Part shown: positions 51,380 through 62,896 of the stretch, piece after piece
How positions within the stretch are numbered: position 1 is the stretch's first letter
Layout of the letters: each line of letters opens with the position of its first letter
Source: Candidatus Bathyarchaeota archaeon
GTDB taxonomy: Archaea > Thermoproteota > Bathyarchaeia > Bathyarchaeales > Bathycorpusculaceae
Reading direction: 5' to 3'
Assembly: GCA_963720565.1 (NCBI GenBank)
Contig: CAVRFW010000009.1
Coordinates: 192,001 to 256,000 of the forward strand
DNA: 64,000 nt
The notes under the pieces: generated by a model
Told to the model about the DNA's origin: nothing
What the model saw: the letters and a program-made list of their open reading frames with translations, nothing else
The model's database searches: none
Translations under genes and position numbers: made by a program

Positions 51380-52561
51380 CTATTCATCTCGCTCTAAAGA
51401 AGTCGTTAGTTCTTTTTCCAGTTGGGTTGCTGGAACCGTTGGTAACGAAATACGCGTAGCTCTTCCCCGAGTGCCAATTGAAGCGACTTCGGTTTTTAGT
51501 ATGCCCAACGCAGACAGGAGCTGAACGTAGTTCCAGAGTTGAGTATGACTATTAGGCTTTTCCCCGTATTCTTCACATACGACGGCGTAAGCCTTTTCAA
51601 CATCCGACAAAGATGCATAACCCTTCTGAGCATCCTTAAAAATCCGGACCGCGCCTAGCAAGAACAGTTTTTCATGTCTTCCAAGGGAGGATAACTCGCT
51701 CTTGTGCAAAGTAGGAATTATGCTAGAAACTGCTTCTCTAACGCATTCGGGTTCTACTTCGTCCATGTTCTCTGCATCTGCGTACTTTCCAGCGCGCCAC
51801 AACAACTCAATAGCGAAGCGAGCATTCCCACTCTCTGAAACAGCTAGCTCTGTAACCAGATCAACAACATCCTCTCCTACTACGTTAGGCTCGAAAGCCA
51901 TAGCCACTCTATCGCTCAGGATAGCTTTGAGTTGGGCTTTGTCATATCTTTCTAGGTTAATCACGTTACGTTGCAAAGTGCTTCGTGCACTTGCGTCTAA
52001 CTTCTCGACGGCTCTTAGGTCCCGCAAAATACACAACAGCGAGATGCGTTGTGGTTTTCCGGCTCGCATTTCCTGAAGTCGCGTCAGCGAATAAACAGTC
52101 TCCGAGCCTTCTTTTTCAATAAGTGTGTCAAATTCGTCCAAAGTTAGGATAACAAAAGCGTTTTCCTCATCCAAAATCTGCATTAAGGTTCTTAGAACCT
52201 CTTCAGTTGAGTAGCCCCGGCTAGGGAAAGTCGGGCGAAAGGCAGTTAACGCGTGCTGGAGTACGAAGAAGAGTTTGCCACGGTATTCGCGGCAGTTAAT
52301 ATGAATAAAACGGAATTTCAGGTTTTGCTTATTCGCTTCAAGAGTAATGTCAGCGCCAAATCGTCGGGCGAGTGCTGTTTTTCCGGTGCCTACATCGCCT
52401 GTTATGATTACTCGTTGTGTCATGCGTTCGGGGAAATGCAAGAGGAAATTGAAGAATTCCATGAGTAAGCGGCGCTCTTTCTCCCTGTGGGGCAGGCGGG
52501 GTGGAACGTAGTTTATGTCAAGTTTTGTCTCATCTTTAAATACGCTTTTGTGAAACATCAA
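51380..52561 (-). CDS. cdc6: Orc1/Cdc6 replication initiator family protein
   Basis: Y.P.RLPHRE, Walker A GDVGTGKT, INC, LDEFD, GNAR.AI and C-terminal wHTH with RGR. Confidence 0.93.
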   Translation of the reverse strand: MMFHKSVFKDETKLDINYVPPRLPHREKERRLLMEFFNFLLHFPERMTQRVIITGDVGTGKTALARRFGADITLEANKQNLKFRFIHINCREYRGKLFFVLQHALTAFRPTFPSRGYSTEEVLRTLMQILDEENAFVILTLDEFDTLIEKEGSETVYSLTRLQEMRAGKPQRISLLCILRDLRAVEKLDASARSTLQRNVINLERYDKAQLKAILSDRVAMAFEPNVVGEDVVDLVTELAVSESGNARFAIELLWRAGKYADAENMDEVEPECVREAVSSIIPTLHKSELSSLGRHEKLFLLGAVRIFKDAQKGYASLSDVEKAYAVVCEEYGEKPNSHTQLWNYVQLLSALGILKTEVASIGTRGRATRISLPTVPATQLEKELTTSLERDE

Positions 52562-52822
52562 GGTTTGTGCCTGACCTTAGCCGTTCGTCATCCGCTTTTT
52601 TCGTTTGGTTGTTAGTGACTGCTAATTTCTGAAACAAACACTAATTTAAATGCATTAGGAGAGTTCTTTCTTTATTGTGGTTTTTTTCGAGGTTAGTGCT
52701 TCATCTTTTTGATAGTTCTTCACCGTTAGGGTCACATACGGACTCAAAGTCTGTATCTGCAATTTCGCAAGCTTCTACTCTCGCTTGACGCTTTTTCAAA
52801 ATAGTCATTGGGAGTTATTGCT

Positions 52823-52869
52823 TAGTTGTTGATAACCAGCTTTAGGAATCAGTTGTTTATCAACTACTA
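52823..52869. repeat. Imperfect inverted repeat (19-nt arms, 16 of 19 matching, 9-nt spacer) upstream of cdc6
   Basis: TAGTTGTTGATAACCAGCT ... AGTTGTTTATCAACTACTA, read directly. Confidence 0.6.
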
Positions 52870-53433
52870 CTATCAAAGTCTTCGATTTTCAGTCAAAAAA
52901 TAGCCTGTATCTACCCTCAGGACGCTATCAAAAGCTATGTAGAGCAAGGCGATCGGAAACTTCGACCGCCTATGTTTCTCTCCAAAATCCCAATCACATG
53001 TGAACGCAGTAATGCGTATTCAATAGCCTCCGTAGTCTCTTCTAACAGCGCATGGAAAAGAAAAGAATTCATTTTCATTTGGCGCAATGCTTGTGTCTTA
53101 CTCGAATCCGTTATTGAAGCAGTTGGTTCTGCTTCAGAGTAGTAGGAGAAGAACAATCATTTTGACGTGCGAATTCAAAGTCCTTCTTCCAAACACTGCG
53201 AGATGTATGCCTATATGGAGGAATTGTTTGTCAACAAATGTTTACTAAGAATATGGAGTGTCAAGCGGGTTTGATATTGCAACGTTGACAAAGAATCTTC
53301 TTCAACTGACAAGTTTAAATCTTCAAAAAAACTGAAGGGTTAGTGCAGCCTATTATTTTTGGTAGGACATTGGAGATTTCTTCATAAAAACCTTTTTAAA
53401 TGAATTATGTGAATTCTATTTCCGATACATCAA

Positions 53434-54009
53434 ATGATACCCAAATATTTCTTTCTAACTAAGGGAGTTGGCAGACATAAAGAACAACTCCAAAGCTTCG
53501 AACTAGCTCTAAGAGACGCTGGCATCCACTATTGCAACCTTGTTAATGTCTCAAGCATAGTGCCGCCTGGCTGCAAATTGGTTTCAAGAGAGCAGGGACT
53601 AAAGATGGTGCAGCCGGGAGAAATAACCTTCGTTGTAATCGCTAGGAATGCCACCAATGAACCGCATAGGCTGCTGGCATCATCTATAGGAGTAGCCATT
53701 CCGTCGCGTAAGAACCAGTATGGCTATCTGTCTGAACATCATTCTTATGGGCAAACTGATGGCAAAGCCGGAGACTACGCAGAGGACCTAGCTGCAACAA
53801 TGCTCGCAACTACCATGGGGATTCAGTTTGACCCTGAAACAGCTTGGGATGAAAGAAAACAGCTTTTCAAAACCAGTGGCATGATAATCAAAACAACCAA
53901 CATAACCCAGACGGCGATAGGAGACAAAACCGGGATGTGGACAACAACAGTGTCTGCAGCAGTTTTTGTTCCCGCGAAGAACGGCAAACTTGGAAAACCT
54001 ACGCAATAA
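53434..54009 (+). CDS. pdaD: Pyruvoyl-dependent arginine decarboxylase
   Basis: [20 protein letters not shown] cleavage site and GYLSE. Confidence 0.92.
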   Translation: MIPKYFFLTKGVGRHKEQLQSFELALRDAGIHYCNLVNVSSIVPPGCKLVSREQGLKMVQPGEITFVVIARNATNEPHRLLASSIGVAIPSRKNQYGYLSEHHSYGQTDGKAGDYAEDLAATMLATTMGIQFDPETAWDERKQLFKTSGMIIKTTNITQTAIGDKTGMWTTTVSAAVFVPAKNGKLGKPTQ

Positions 54010-54155
54010 CACCAAGCACTATTGGAATAGTGTCTTATGCTTAAGAATAATTGATGGAGAAATTGCCAGTTGGCGGGAAGGAGTTAGTCCGCGCCTCAAG
54101 ATGCAAAAGTCTTTAACCCGTTTTTGATTATGAATCGAAAAGAAAGGAATAGTCT

Positions 54156-55076
54156 TTGTTACTAGCACGCATCTTGAATGATTCAAAGAAGAAAGCCGTT
54201 TTAATGACGGTTTTGGCAGGTTTTTTATGGGGGACGTCTTTTCCGGCAATAAAAATCGGCTTGCAGTTCATGGATGCTTATACGTTTGTCTTCTTGAGGT
54301 TTCTAGTTGCTTCGATAGCATTACTAGCTGTGGCATTGCTGACTAAGAACTTAAGTTTCGAATTCGGTAATAAGCGGCTTATTCTGTTTCTGGGCTTATC
54401 CAATGGCATTGCCTACCTACTGCAGTATGTGGGTATGGTTGGCGTTGCTGCATCTGAATCTTCCCTATTTGTCAACCTGAGCGCTGTGTGGGTTGCGTTA
54501 TTGAGTGCTTTGGTTCTGAAAGAGCGTTTAGGTTACAAAAAATGGTTTGGTGTTACCATCAGTTTTATCGGAGTTGTATTGATAACCACCAATTTAGATT
54601 TCGTGGCAATCGGCAAAAGCAACATTATACCTAACTTTCTTGTAATCAGCTCTGGCATACTGTGGGCTGTCTTCACAGTCTACAGCAAGCCGATGGTGAG
54701 AGAAAGTAAGAACATTATTAAGTCGATGACTTGGTTAATGCTCTTCACAATGTTGCCCTTGCTGCCTATTGGGACTTTTTCAGCCGGGACTTTCATTTTA
54801 TTGCCATGGAACGCTTGGCTCGCCATTCTCTACACTGCACTCTTTTGCTGGGTAATTCCTTACTACTTGTGGCTAAGAGGGCTAAAGCATATTTCACCCG
54901 TTACTTCTTCAGTGGTTCTCTTAACTGAGATAGTAGTGGCAGTTTCTATTTCCACGATCTTCCTCGGAGAAGCCTTAACGGTGACTTCCAGCTTTGGCGC
55001 GATCTTCATTACAGTCGCAATGTTGTTGGTTTCGCAAGCAGACCAGAGCGAGAAAAACGCCTCTACAATAGCTTGA
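54156..55076 (+). CDS. EamA/DMT family transporter
   Basis: WGTSF..IK, R.L.A, L.ER and about 10 hydrophobic segments. Confidence 0.88.
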   Translation: MLLARILNDSKKKAVLMTVLAGFLWGTSFPAIKIGLQFMDAYTFVFLRFLVASIALLAVALLTKNLSFEFGNKRLILFLGLSNGIAYLLQYVGMVGVAASESSLFVNLSAVWVALLSALVLKERLGYKKWFGVTISFIGVVLITTNLDFVAIGKSNIIPNFLVISSGILWAVFTVYSKPMVRESKNIIKSMTWLMLFTMLPLLPIGTFSAGTFILLPWNAWLAILYTALFCWVIPYYLWLRGLKHISPVTSSVVLLTEIVVAVSISTIFLGEALTVTSSFGAIFITVAMLLVSQADQSEKNASTIA

Positions 55077-55266
55077 ATCCAATGTTGATTGAGGTGTCAA
55101 CAGTTTGGCTTGTTCATTTGTTTCAGATTGCTAATGGAGCTTTTCATAATCGCCATTTTCTCAGCCACTGCAACACTTAGACAACGTACGTCAATTCCTC
55201 AAGAAATAATAGTGGCTCCATATAATTAACTGATAAAACAAAGCCATCCTGAGAGGACCATATAGC

Positions 55267-55692
55267 ATGAAATATGCAGGAAGAACGGCCACTGCAATAA
55301 TACCCTGTCCCAAAGGCACAATTCTCCTGATAAAAAGGTCTACACAGCCCTTTGTAGGATATTGGGCTTTGCCCGGTGGCAGAGTCGAGTCTGAAGAGAC
55401 AGTTGAGCAGACAATAGTGAGAGAAGTGAAAGAGGAAACAGGATTGGACACCGAGGTAGTATGCAAGATAGGCGATTATCACGAGCAAGGAACTCAAGAT
55501 GGCGCAGAGTATGACTATTACCCCGCGTGTTTTCTGGTGAAAACAATCGGAGGCTTAATCAGAAAGCAAAAGAGCGAAATTCAAGATATCAAGCTTTTCG
55601 GCATAGGTGAAATTCCCAAATCGTTGGCATTCGAGCATAATCGAATGATTAAGGACTACATCAAGTTGCGCGAAACTGAGAAGCTACACTGA
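55267..55692 (+). CDS. NUDIX hydrolase
   Basis: Nudix box PGGRVESEETVEQTIVREVKEETGL, and LAFEH. Confidence 0.92.
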   Translation: MKYAGRTATAIIPCPKGTILLIKRSTQPFVGYWALPGGRVESEETVEQTIVREVKEETGLDTEVVCKIGDYHEQGTQDGAEYDYYPACFLVKTIGGLIRKQKSEIQDIKLFGIGEIPKSLAFEHNRMIKDYIKLRETEKLH

Positions 55693-55762
55693 TTTCCTCT
55701 AAGTGCACACTATTCGGCGGGGCATCAATTTGATGTTTGCTGACAATACTGCAGTTATTTGA

Positions 55763-56521
<759 letters not shown>

Positions 56522-56538
56522 CAGAGAGATAGAAAACC

Positions 56539-57420
56539 ATGAAAGTCGAGGCGGAATGCGCATCTTGTCTACTGGCTAGAGCAACTGCAGAGGCTTACTT
56601 AGCTACAACAAACCCTGCTTTGCGTTTCAGAGCTATTAAAGAAATTGTAAAACTTATAAACAGGGATTTCGGACCAACGACTGTTCCTGCAGACATCGGA
56701 ACCAAGCGGGATCGCATGATAAAACAGCTGACCAGCAACGACGATCCTTACCGCCGAAACAAGAAGATGAGTAACGAGAAAGCCTTGAAGCTGCTACCAA
56801 ACGCGAGAAAACTCGTGGAACAGGGTCACACTCAGCAAGAGCGGTTCAAGAAAGCCTGTTTATGCGCAATAGTGGGCAACATCATGGAATTCGACATTCC
56901 CGGGCACAATTTTGCGTTTAGCGATTTGGCGAAATGCCTTAGGACAGCCGCAAAGCAGCTAGCGGTAGATGATATTGACAAAGCGTACAGCTTAGCTAAG
57001 AAGGGACAGAGAGTTCTTTATTTAGCTGACAATGCTGGCGAAATTGTTTTTGACACGCTATTGGTTGAGCAGTTAAAGAATATGGGGTTAAATGTAACTT
57101 ACGTTGTTAAGGGTGGTCCAATAATCAATGATGCAACCTTGGAGGATGTGGAGTTTTCGGGAATGAACAAGTTAGCCGATTCCATCTTAACGACAGGGAC
57201 TGATGCAGTTGGGTTGCTTGCCAAGGAGGTTTCGGCTGAATTCATGGAGATCTATAACTCTGCAGAGCTTGTTTTTGCAAAAGGAATGGGATACGCTGAA
57301 ACCTTAACTGAGTACAAGCTTACTAAGCCTCATTTTCTCTTGTTCAGAACCAAATGTAATCCTGTAGCTAACTTCTTTTGCGTTCCCCGCGACAGAAATA
57401 TCGCGAAGCTGATGCCCTAA
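56539..57420 (+). CDS. DUF89/ARMT1-like damage-control phosphatase
   Basis: N-terminal CxxC, DPY...K, GN..EF, DNAGE..FD, NDAT and KGMG. Confidence 0.88.
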   Translation: MKVEAECASCLLARATAEAYLATTNPALRFRAIKEIVKLINRDFGPTTVPADIGTKRDRMIKQLTSNDDPYRRNKKMSNEKALKLLPNARKLVEQGHTQQERFKKACLCAIVGNIMEFDIPGHNFAFSDLAKCLRTAAKQLAVDDIDKAYSLAKKGQRVLYLADNAGEIVFDTLLVEQLKNMGLNVTYVVKGGPIINDATLEDVEFSGMNKLADSILTTGTDAVGLLAKEVSAEFMEIYNSAELVFAKGMGYAETLTEYKLTKPHFLLFRTKCNPVANFFCVPRDRNIAKLMP

Positions 57421-59496
57421 ATGAACTTGCCCGCAATAAGAATAGGTCAGAAAGACCTTTCGGTTTTTGATGATGCCATTCACAAAGAATGGTTGGTGAC
57501 AAATGGACTTGGTGGGTACTCTTCTTCCACCATTTTGGGCATAAACACGCGAAAATACCACGGTTTGCTCGTTGCTGCATTGGATCCACCCGGCGACCGC
57601 ACTGTTTGTCTTGCGAAGCTGGATGAAGAAGTTGTACTGGGCAACAGGATTCTGCCAATTGGCGCTAATGAGTTTAGAGACGTGATATATCCTCAGGGTT
57701 ATTTTTTCTTGAAAGAGTTTTCGGTGTCACCGTTTCCTCGGCAAATTTACGAAGTGGAAGATGTCGAGATCGAAAAGACAGTTTTCATGCCAAAAGAGAA
57801 AAACGTTACAGTCGTTGTTTACGACCTTGCTAACAAAAACGACTTCGAAGCGAAGTTTAGGATTTATCCTCTTACGAGTTGCAGGCATATACATTCAGTC
57901 GTAGATCGATGGAGAAATCCTTTGGAATTTTCCCAACAGCAAAATGAAAAAGCAGTTGAGATGGCCTTCAACAATCCGAATGCCAAAATTCAAGTTCGAA
58001 CCACTAATGGTGCTTTCACCGCGAAACAAAACTGGCTTGACCGCCTATACTACCGTGAAGAGAGCAATCGAGGTGAAAGCAGCGTTGACGATTGTTATCA
58101 GCCAGGCTACTTCGAGGTAATGGTTTCACCCGGACGCAAAGAACAATTTGCGGTGGTCGCAAAGGCAGGCAAGAACTATCCGGAATCTCTGGAGAATATT
58201 GATTCTATCGGTAGAACAATGCAGCAAGTCCGCGACTTGATGAAGGAGGCTCTGGACGAGCGTCGTGCTGTGCTTGCTAAGTTTTACAGTTTGCACAAGC
58301 AAGTGCCTGAATGCGATTGGTTAAAGTGGATCATTCTATCTGGAGATTCGTTTGTTGTAAGGAAAGACTGCAGTGAGAACTCCATTGTGGCTGGTTATCA
58401 CTGGTTTGAACCATGGGGTAGAGACACATTCATTTCATTACCTGGTTTGATGCTAACTACTGGAAGGTTTGAGGATGCTAAAAGAATTTTCTCAGATTAT
58501 GTTCATCACTCTTTGCATGGCTTGATTCCAAATTTTGTTCAGGACAGATTCGGAACTCCTTCATACAATACTGTAGATGCCACGTTATGGTTTGTAAATG
58601 CAGTGCTGCAATACATCAAGTATACTGGCGACGTCAGTTTTGTCCAAAGAAAGTTATGGGAAAACCTGAAAGCCATTGTTGCCGATCACAAGGAAGGCAC
58701 CGATTACGGAATTCATCTAGACAATGATGGTTTGCTCAGGCACAACTCTCAACTCACGTGGATGGATGCTACGGTAGACGGTCGCGCAGTGACTCCGCGT
58801 GCTGGAAAAGCCGTTGAAATTCAGGCACTTTGGTATAATGCACTGAGAACGATGCAACTTTTAGCGGAGAGGTTTGAAGAAGCACACCTTATTGAAGAAT
58901 ACACTGACATGGCTGAGAAAACCAGAAAGAGTTTTAACGTGAAGTTTTGGAATAGCGAAAGCAACTGTTTGTTCGATGTATTGCTGGATTCTGGGGCTGA
59001 CCTTTCACTTCGTCCCAATCAGGTTATTGCTGCTTCGATGGATTTTCCAGTTTTGGACAGCAGTAGAGTTGAGTGTGTACTTGACATTGTCCAACGTGAG
59101 CTACTGACACCTTATGGGTTGCGCACTCTTGCGCGGGGTGATCCGAAATACCGAGGTTCGTACACAGGAGACAGAAGAAGCAGAGATCAAGCTTATCATA
59201 ATGGAACGGTATGGCCTTGGCTCATAGGACCTTTCGCAACAGCCTTTCTTAAAGCTAAAGATTGCCTGGACAACCGAACACAAACTGCACTGAAAAACTT
59301 ATTGCTGCCTTTGGTTACTGAGCAAACCTGCCAAGCGGGATTGGGATCTATAAGCGAAGTCTTTGACGGGGAACCTCCTCATTTGCCAAGGGGATGTATT
59401 GCACAAGCATGGAGCGTGGCTGAACCACTGCGCGCTTACATCGAAGACGTTATGCAGGCTAGACCGAGATATGAAAAAGAGTTCGTTCACCCTTAA
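57421..59496 (+). CDS. Glycogen debranching enzyme (amylo-alpha-1,6-glucosidase), archaeal type
   Basis: EWLVTNGLGG, AGYHWF..WGRDTFISLPG, TWMDA, RPNQ, YHNGTVWPW and QAWSVAE. Confidence 0.92.
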   Translation: MNLPAIRIGQKDLSVFDDAIHKEWLVTNGLGGYSSSTILGINTRKYHGLLVAALDPPGDRTVCLAKLDEEVVLGNRILPIGANEFRDVIYPQGYFFLKEFSVSPFPRQIYEVEDVEIEKTVFMPKEKNVTVVVYDLANKNDFEAKFRIYPLTSCRHIHSVVDRWRNPLEFSQQQNEKAVEMAFNNPNAKIQVRTTNGAFTAKQNWLDRLYYREESNRGESSVDDCYQPGYFEVMVSPGRKEQFAVVAKAGKNYPESLENIDSIGRTMQQVRDLMKEALDERRAVLAKFYSLHKQVPECDWLKWIILSGDSFVVRKDCSENSIVAGYHWFEPWGRDTFISLPGLMLTTGRFEDAKRIFSDYVHHSLHGLIPNFVQDRFGTPSYNTVDATLWFVNAVLQYIKYTGDVSFVQRKLWENLKAIVADHKEGTDYGIHLDNDGLLRHNSQLTWMDATVDGRAVTPRAGKAVEIQALWYNALRTMQLLAERFEEAHLIEEYTDMAEKTRKSFNVKFWNSESNCLFDVLLDSGADLSLRPNQVIAASMDFPVLDSSRVECVLDIVQRELLTPYGLRTLARGDPKYRGSYTGDRRSRDQAYHNGTVWPWLIGPFATAFLKAKDCLDNRTQTALKNLLLPLVTEQTCQAGLGSISEVFDGEPPHLPRGCIAQAWSVAEPLRAYIEDVMQARPRYEKEFVHP

Positions 59497-60530
59497 GATT
59501 GCATGATTTTCTTGAGTTCTGCTGCTGCGGTTTCAGGCCTGACAGTGTTTATGTGCATTCCGGTGTTTTTCTCGAATCCTGCCCATATGGACAATTGCGG
59601 GTAAACTTCCAAGTGCCAGTGATAGTATTTCTCGGTGCTTTTCTCTAGAGCAAGGTGGATGCCAAAGTTGTATGGTGGATCGTTTACCAAATCTTTCACT
59701 CCCCTTAAGCTGTTTTTCAAGATTTTAGCGAAGCTTTCAATTTCTGTTTGTGTTAGGTTAAGCAGGTTGGAGCTGTGTTTTTTTGGCATTATCCAAAACT
59801 CCATGGGGTTTACGCTTGCGTAGGGAGTGAAGACCACAAAGTTAGAGTTTTTCTGCACCAGTCGGGGGCTATTAGATTCTTCCTTGAGAACGTTACAGAG
59901 AGCGCATTCCCCGTGTTGGTTCCAGTAGTCCTTACTTGCGGACACTTCTTCTTCGACTATTCGGGGCATGATTGGCGTTGTGACTATCTGGCTATGTGCA
60001 TGTGAAAGCGATGCACCAGCTTCTTTGCCGTAATTTCGAAATATCGAAACATACTTGACATAAGGTTTTACGCTTAAATCACGAAGCCTGTCAATATAGG
60101 CGTTAATCAAGAGCGATAGCTGCGAAAGTTCAGCGTTCTGTGGATGTGCATCATGGATTGGTGATTCGACTAAAACCTCGTGGTGTCCGACGGCATAACC
60201 GTAACTTTTATTTTTCATAATCTGTCCAGGGGTTGTTGTGTCTTTCGGGGGAGCGAAGGCAGGAAAAAGGTTGGGTACGCTGCGAACAAGCCAGTTCTTG
60301 TGGCGCAGGCTTTCTGTGTCTTTGTCTTTCACAATTTCACCGTTAGACTTCAGATAGAGCAAGACTGCTGGGGGGGTAAGATGTTCATTTCCTGCACAGA
60401 GAGGACAGACGGCGTTTTGAGTTACTTCGACTCTGGGTTTGGCAAAGTCTGTGGGTCTTCTGCCGCGTTCCGTGGCAATTACGACCCAGCGATTAAGCAA
60501 GTAATCTTTTCTAAGCTCATTGTAGGCCAT
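59493..60530 (-). CDS. galT: Galactose-1-phosphate uridylyltransferase family protein
   Basis: ELRKD, RP, CPLC.GNE, N.FP, GASLSHAHSQ and HWHLE. Start trimmed to MAYNEL. Confidence 0.88.
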   Translation of the reverse strand: MAYNELRKDYLLNRWVVIATERGRRPTDFAKPRVEVTQNAVCPLCAGNEHLTPPAVLLYLKSNGEIVKDKDTESLRHKNWLVRSVPNLFPAFAPPKDTTTPGQIMKNKSYGYAVGHHEVLVESPIHDAHPQNAELSQLSLLINAYIDRLRDLSVKPYVKYVSIFRNYGKEAGASLSHAHSQIVTTPIMPRIVEEEVSASKDYWNQHGECALCNVLKEESNSPRLVQKNSNFVVFTPYASVNPMEFWIMPKKHSSNLLNLTQTEIESFAKILKNSLRGVKDLVNDPPYNFGIHLALEKSTEKYYHWHLEVYPQLSIWAGFEKNTGMHINTVRPETAAAELKKIMQS

Positions 60531-60774
60531 TGTAAATAAGTCCCGACACAGAAGAGATAATGTGGCTGACATTTTAGCATTTCCGAAACAAAATAGAGAA
60601 CGCATTTTCGGTTCATGCAAAGAATTAATGTATTAAATATCCAATCACCGGGGCGAATTGCAGCATATGTGAAGCCGTTTCGTGTTTGATGAGCGTATTG
60701 GTTTGAAACTGGGGAAAGTATTTATTAGACGTGTGAAACTTACTTCGAACCGTCAACCAAAAGGATGATTCGAA

Positions 60775-61530
60775 ATGACCCTGCAAAAAGGAGACTTCAT
60801 ACTGATTGATTACACGGCTAAGGTGAAAGAAACAAACGAGGTTTTCGACACCACTCTCGAGGAGATCTCTAAGAAAGAACATCTCCATAAGGAGGGCGAA
60901 TTCTACGAGCCAAAACTTGTTGTTCTTGGCGAGAGTTGGATGCTCAAAGCCCTAGAGGAAAATCTGACATCTATGGAGCCAGGCAAGGCTCAAACGGTAG
61001 AAATTGCCCCCAAAGACGCCTTTGGGCAACGCGACCCAGAAAAAGTTAAACGGGTTCCACTTAAACAGTTGACAGCAAAAGGAACAAACCCAGGCATCGG
61101 AATGCGAATAGACTATAATGGTAAGATGGCTGTTGTCCGCTCAATCGGCGCAGGAAGAGTGCTTTTGGACTTTAATCCTCCACTGGCAGGCAAGACTCTG
61201 GTTTATGACGTAACGGTAAACAAAAAGCTGGAGACGAACGAAGAAAAGATCGCGGCCCTAATACACCGTAGAGTACCTCTTGCAGAAGAATCAAAGTTCA
61301 ATTTCCTAATCAAAGAAAAGACTCTGAATATCGATATGCCTGAAGACACGTTTTATATAGAAGGCATACAGATTGCAAAACGTGGCATAGCTATGGATGT
61401 GCAGCGCTTCCTGCCTGAACTCTTGGAAATCAAGTTCGTTGAAACCTTCAAGAGCGAGCCCAAGCCCGAAACCAAATCAGAACCGAAAATCGAAACAAAG
61501 TCCGAATCAGCACCAGAAACCCAAACCTAA
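60775..61530 (+). CDS. FKBP-type peptidyl-prolyl isomerase, long archaeal SlyD-like
   Basis: DYT, VFDTT, AFG.RD and DFNPPLAGK.L. Confidence 0.92.
   Translation: MTLQKGDFILIDYTAKVKETNEVFDTTLEEISKKEHLHKEGEFYEPKLVVLGESWMLKALEENLTSMEPGKAQTVEIAPKDAFGQRDPEKVKRVPLKQLTAKGTNPGIGMRIDYNGKMAVVRSIGAGRVLLDFNPPLAGKTLVYDVTVNKKLETNEEKIAALIHRRVPLAEESKFNFLIKEKTLNIDMPEDTFYIEGIQIAKRGIAMDVQRFLPELLEIKFVETFKSEPKPETKSEPKIETKSESAPETQT
61456..61527 (+). repeat. Three degenerate 24-nt units encoding EPKPETKS/EPKIETKS/ESAPETQT in the FKBP tail
   Basis: Read directly from the translation. Confidence 0.6.
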
Positions 61531-61561
61531 GGGTACGACACAACTATATCCAAAACCAGAC

Positions 61562-62620
61562 TTAATTAATAACACCAGTTGCCTTTGCCACTTTCTCACA
61601 GGCTTCATAGTCTAACTTCAATTTGTGAAGAATAGTATAACGTTCAGGCCTTACGTTTGCAGCAACATCCAAGGCCTTAACAACCTCCTCATCCCTAACG
61701 CCCAATTCGCCAGCTGTTGTGGGTGCACCAATCCGCTTAAGCGTGTCTCGTATCCGTTGCCAATTCGATCTGTGAAGGTACGCCACTAGCACGGATCCCA
61801 CACCACATTGTTCGCCATGCATGCCATGTGGACAATTTCCCATGTCAAGAGCATGACTAAACAAGTGTTCTGATCCGCTGCATGGGCGACTGCTTCCTGC
61901 AATGCTCATGGCAACTCCGCAGCTAATCAGAGCTTCAAGCAGAAGTCGCAAGCCTTCATCGTTCCCAAGTTCTACCACTTCAGCGTTCTGGATCAATAGC
62001 TTGGCGCTCATCAGCGCGAGGCTGGCAGCATATTCGCCGTAGTATTCGTTTCTTTCTTCGTGAGCGAGTCGCCAATCCTTTACTGCTGTGAACTTTGAAA
62101 TTACGTCTCCGCAACCGCTTATTACGGAACGCCATGGAGCCTTGGCTATTACATCTGTGTCGGCAATTATCGCCAAGGGCGCCTGCGCCATTATTGAATA
62201 GGGTTTGTCAAATCCCTTAACCGAAGCCAATGGGCTAGCGATGCCATCATGAGACAACGTTGTTGGTATGCTTATGAAAGGGACTCCTTGACGGAAAGAA
62301 CTTATTTTAGCAGCGTCAATCTTGGTTCCTCCACCGACGCCGAGAACAACCCGAGGTCTCCACGATTTTATTCTTTCCTCAACCATCAAAACATCTCTAG
62401 TGGTTGTTGTGTCAACAATCAAAGTGTCAACAACGATGCCTTTTTGTTCTAGCATGTCGCGAACTCGTTTTCCTGCAACCTCGCAACTCTTCAAGCCTCC
62501 GATTATTAAGGCTGACCCGCTGAGGTTGAGCCTCTGCATCACTTCTGTAACGCGTGATAGAGTCCCATTCCCAACAATTACTTCACGAGGAAGCTGCATA
62601 TAATGGTAAGGCGAAGACAA
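61562..62620 (-). CDS. egsA: sn-Glycerol-1-phosphate dehydrogenase
   Basis: GGG..ID, PT..SHDGIAS, SRPCSGSEH and HGEQCG. Confidence 0.95.
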   Translation of the reverse strand: MSSPYHYMQLPREVIVGNGTLSRVTEVMQRLNLSGSALIIGGLKSCEVAGKRVRDMLEQKGIVVDTLIVDTTTTRDVLMVEERIKSWRPRVVLGVGGGTKIDAAKISSFRQGVPFISIPTTLSHDGIASPLASVKGFDKPYSIMAQAPLAIIADTDVIAKAPWRSVISGCGDVISKFTAVKDWRLAHEERNEYYGEYAASLALMSAKLLIQNAEVVELGNDEGLRLLLEALISCGVAMSIAGSSRPCSGSEHLFSHALDMGNCPHGMHGEQCGVGSVLVAYLHRSNWQRIRDTLKRIGAPTTAGELGVRDEEVVKALDVAANVRPERYTILHKLKLDYEACEKVAKATGVIN

Positions 62621-62896
62621 TTCGAATACCTGTTCAAGTCCTTTAGTTTTATTCTCTGCTGAACAGCTTAAAACCTTTTGGAAGTCACCGGGTTGCTATT
62701 ACCAAAAACTACAGAAACACCTGCTTCATAACTACGCAGAGATTTTGGAGGTAACGCACAACCAAAAAACAAATCCCAAGAGCATTCCCTTCGGAATTCC
62801 TAAACCACAATATTAATAAACATCACAAAATGATTAAATGTTGCTTTGCTTCCTAGCGAAGAATTCGCTAAGATCAGTTTTAGGGAGACAAATAAT

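Noticed and set aside
52935..53156. 73 aa ORF (and a 35 aa ORF near 52700-52808) in the cdc6 upstream region
   Set aside because: No motifs or ribosome-binding signal; coding status unsupported.
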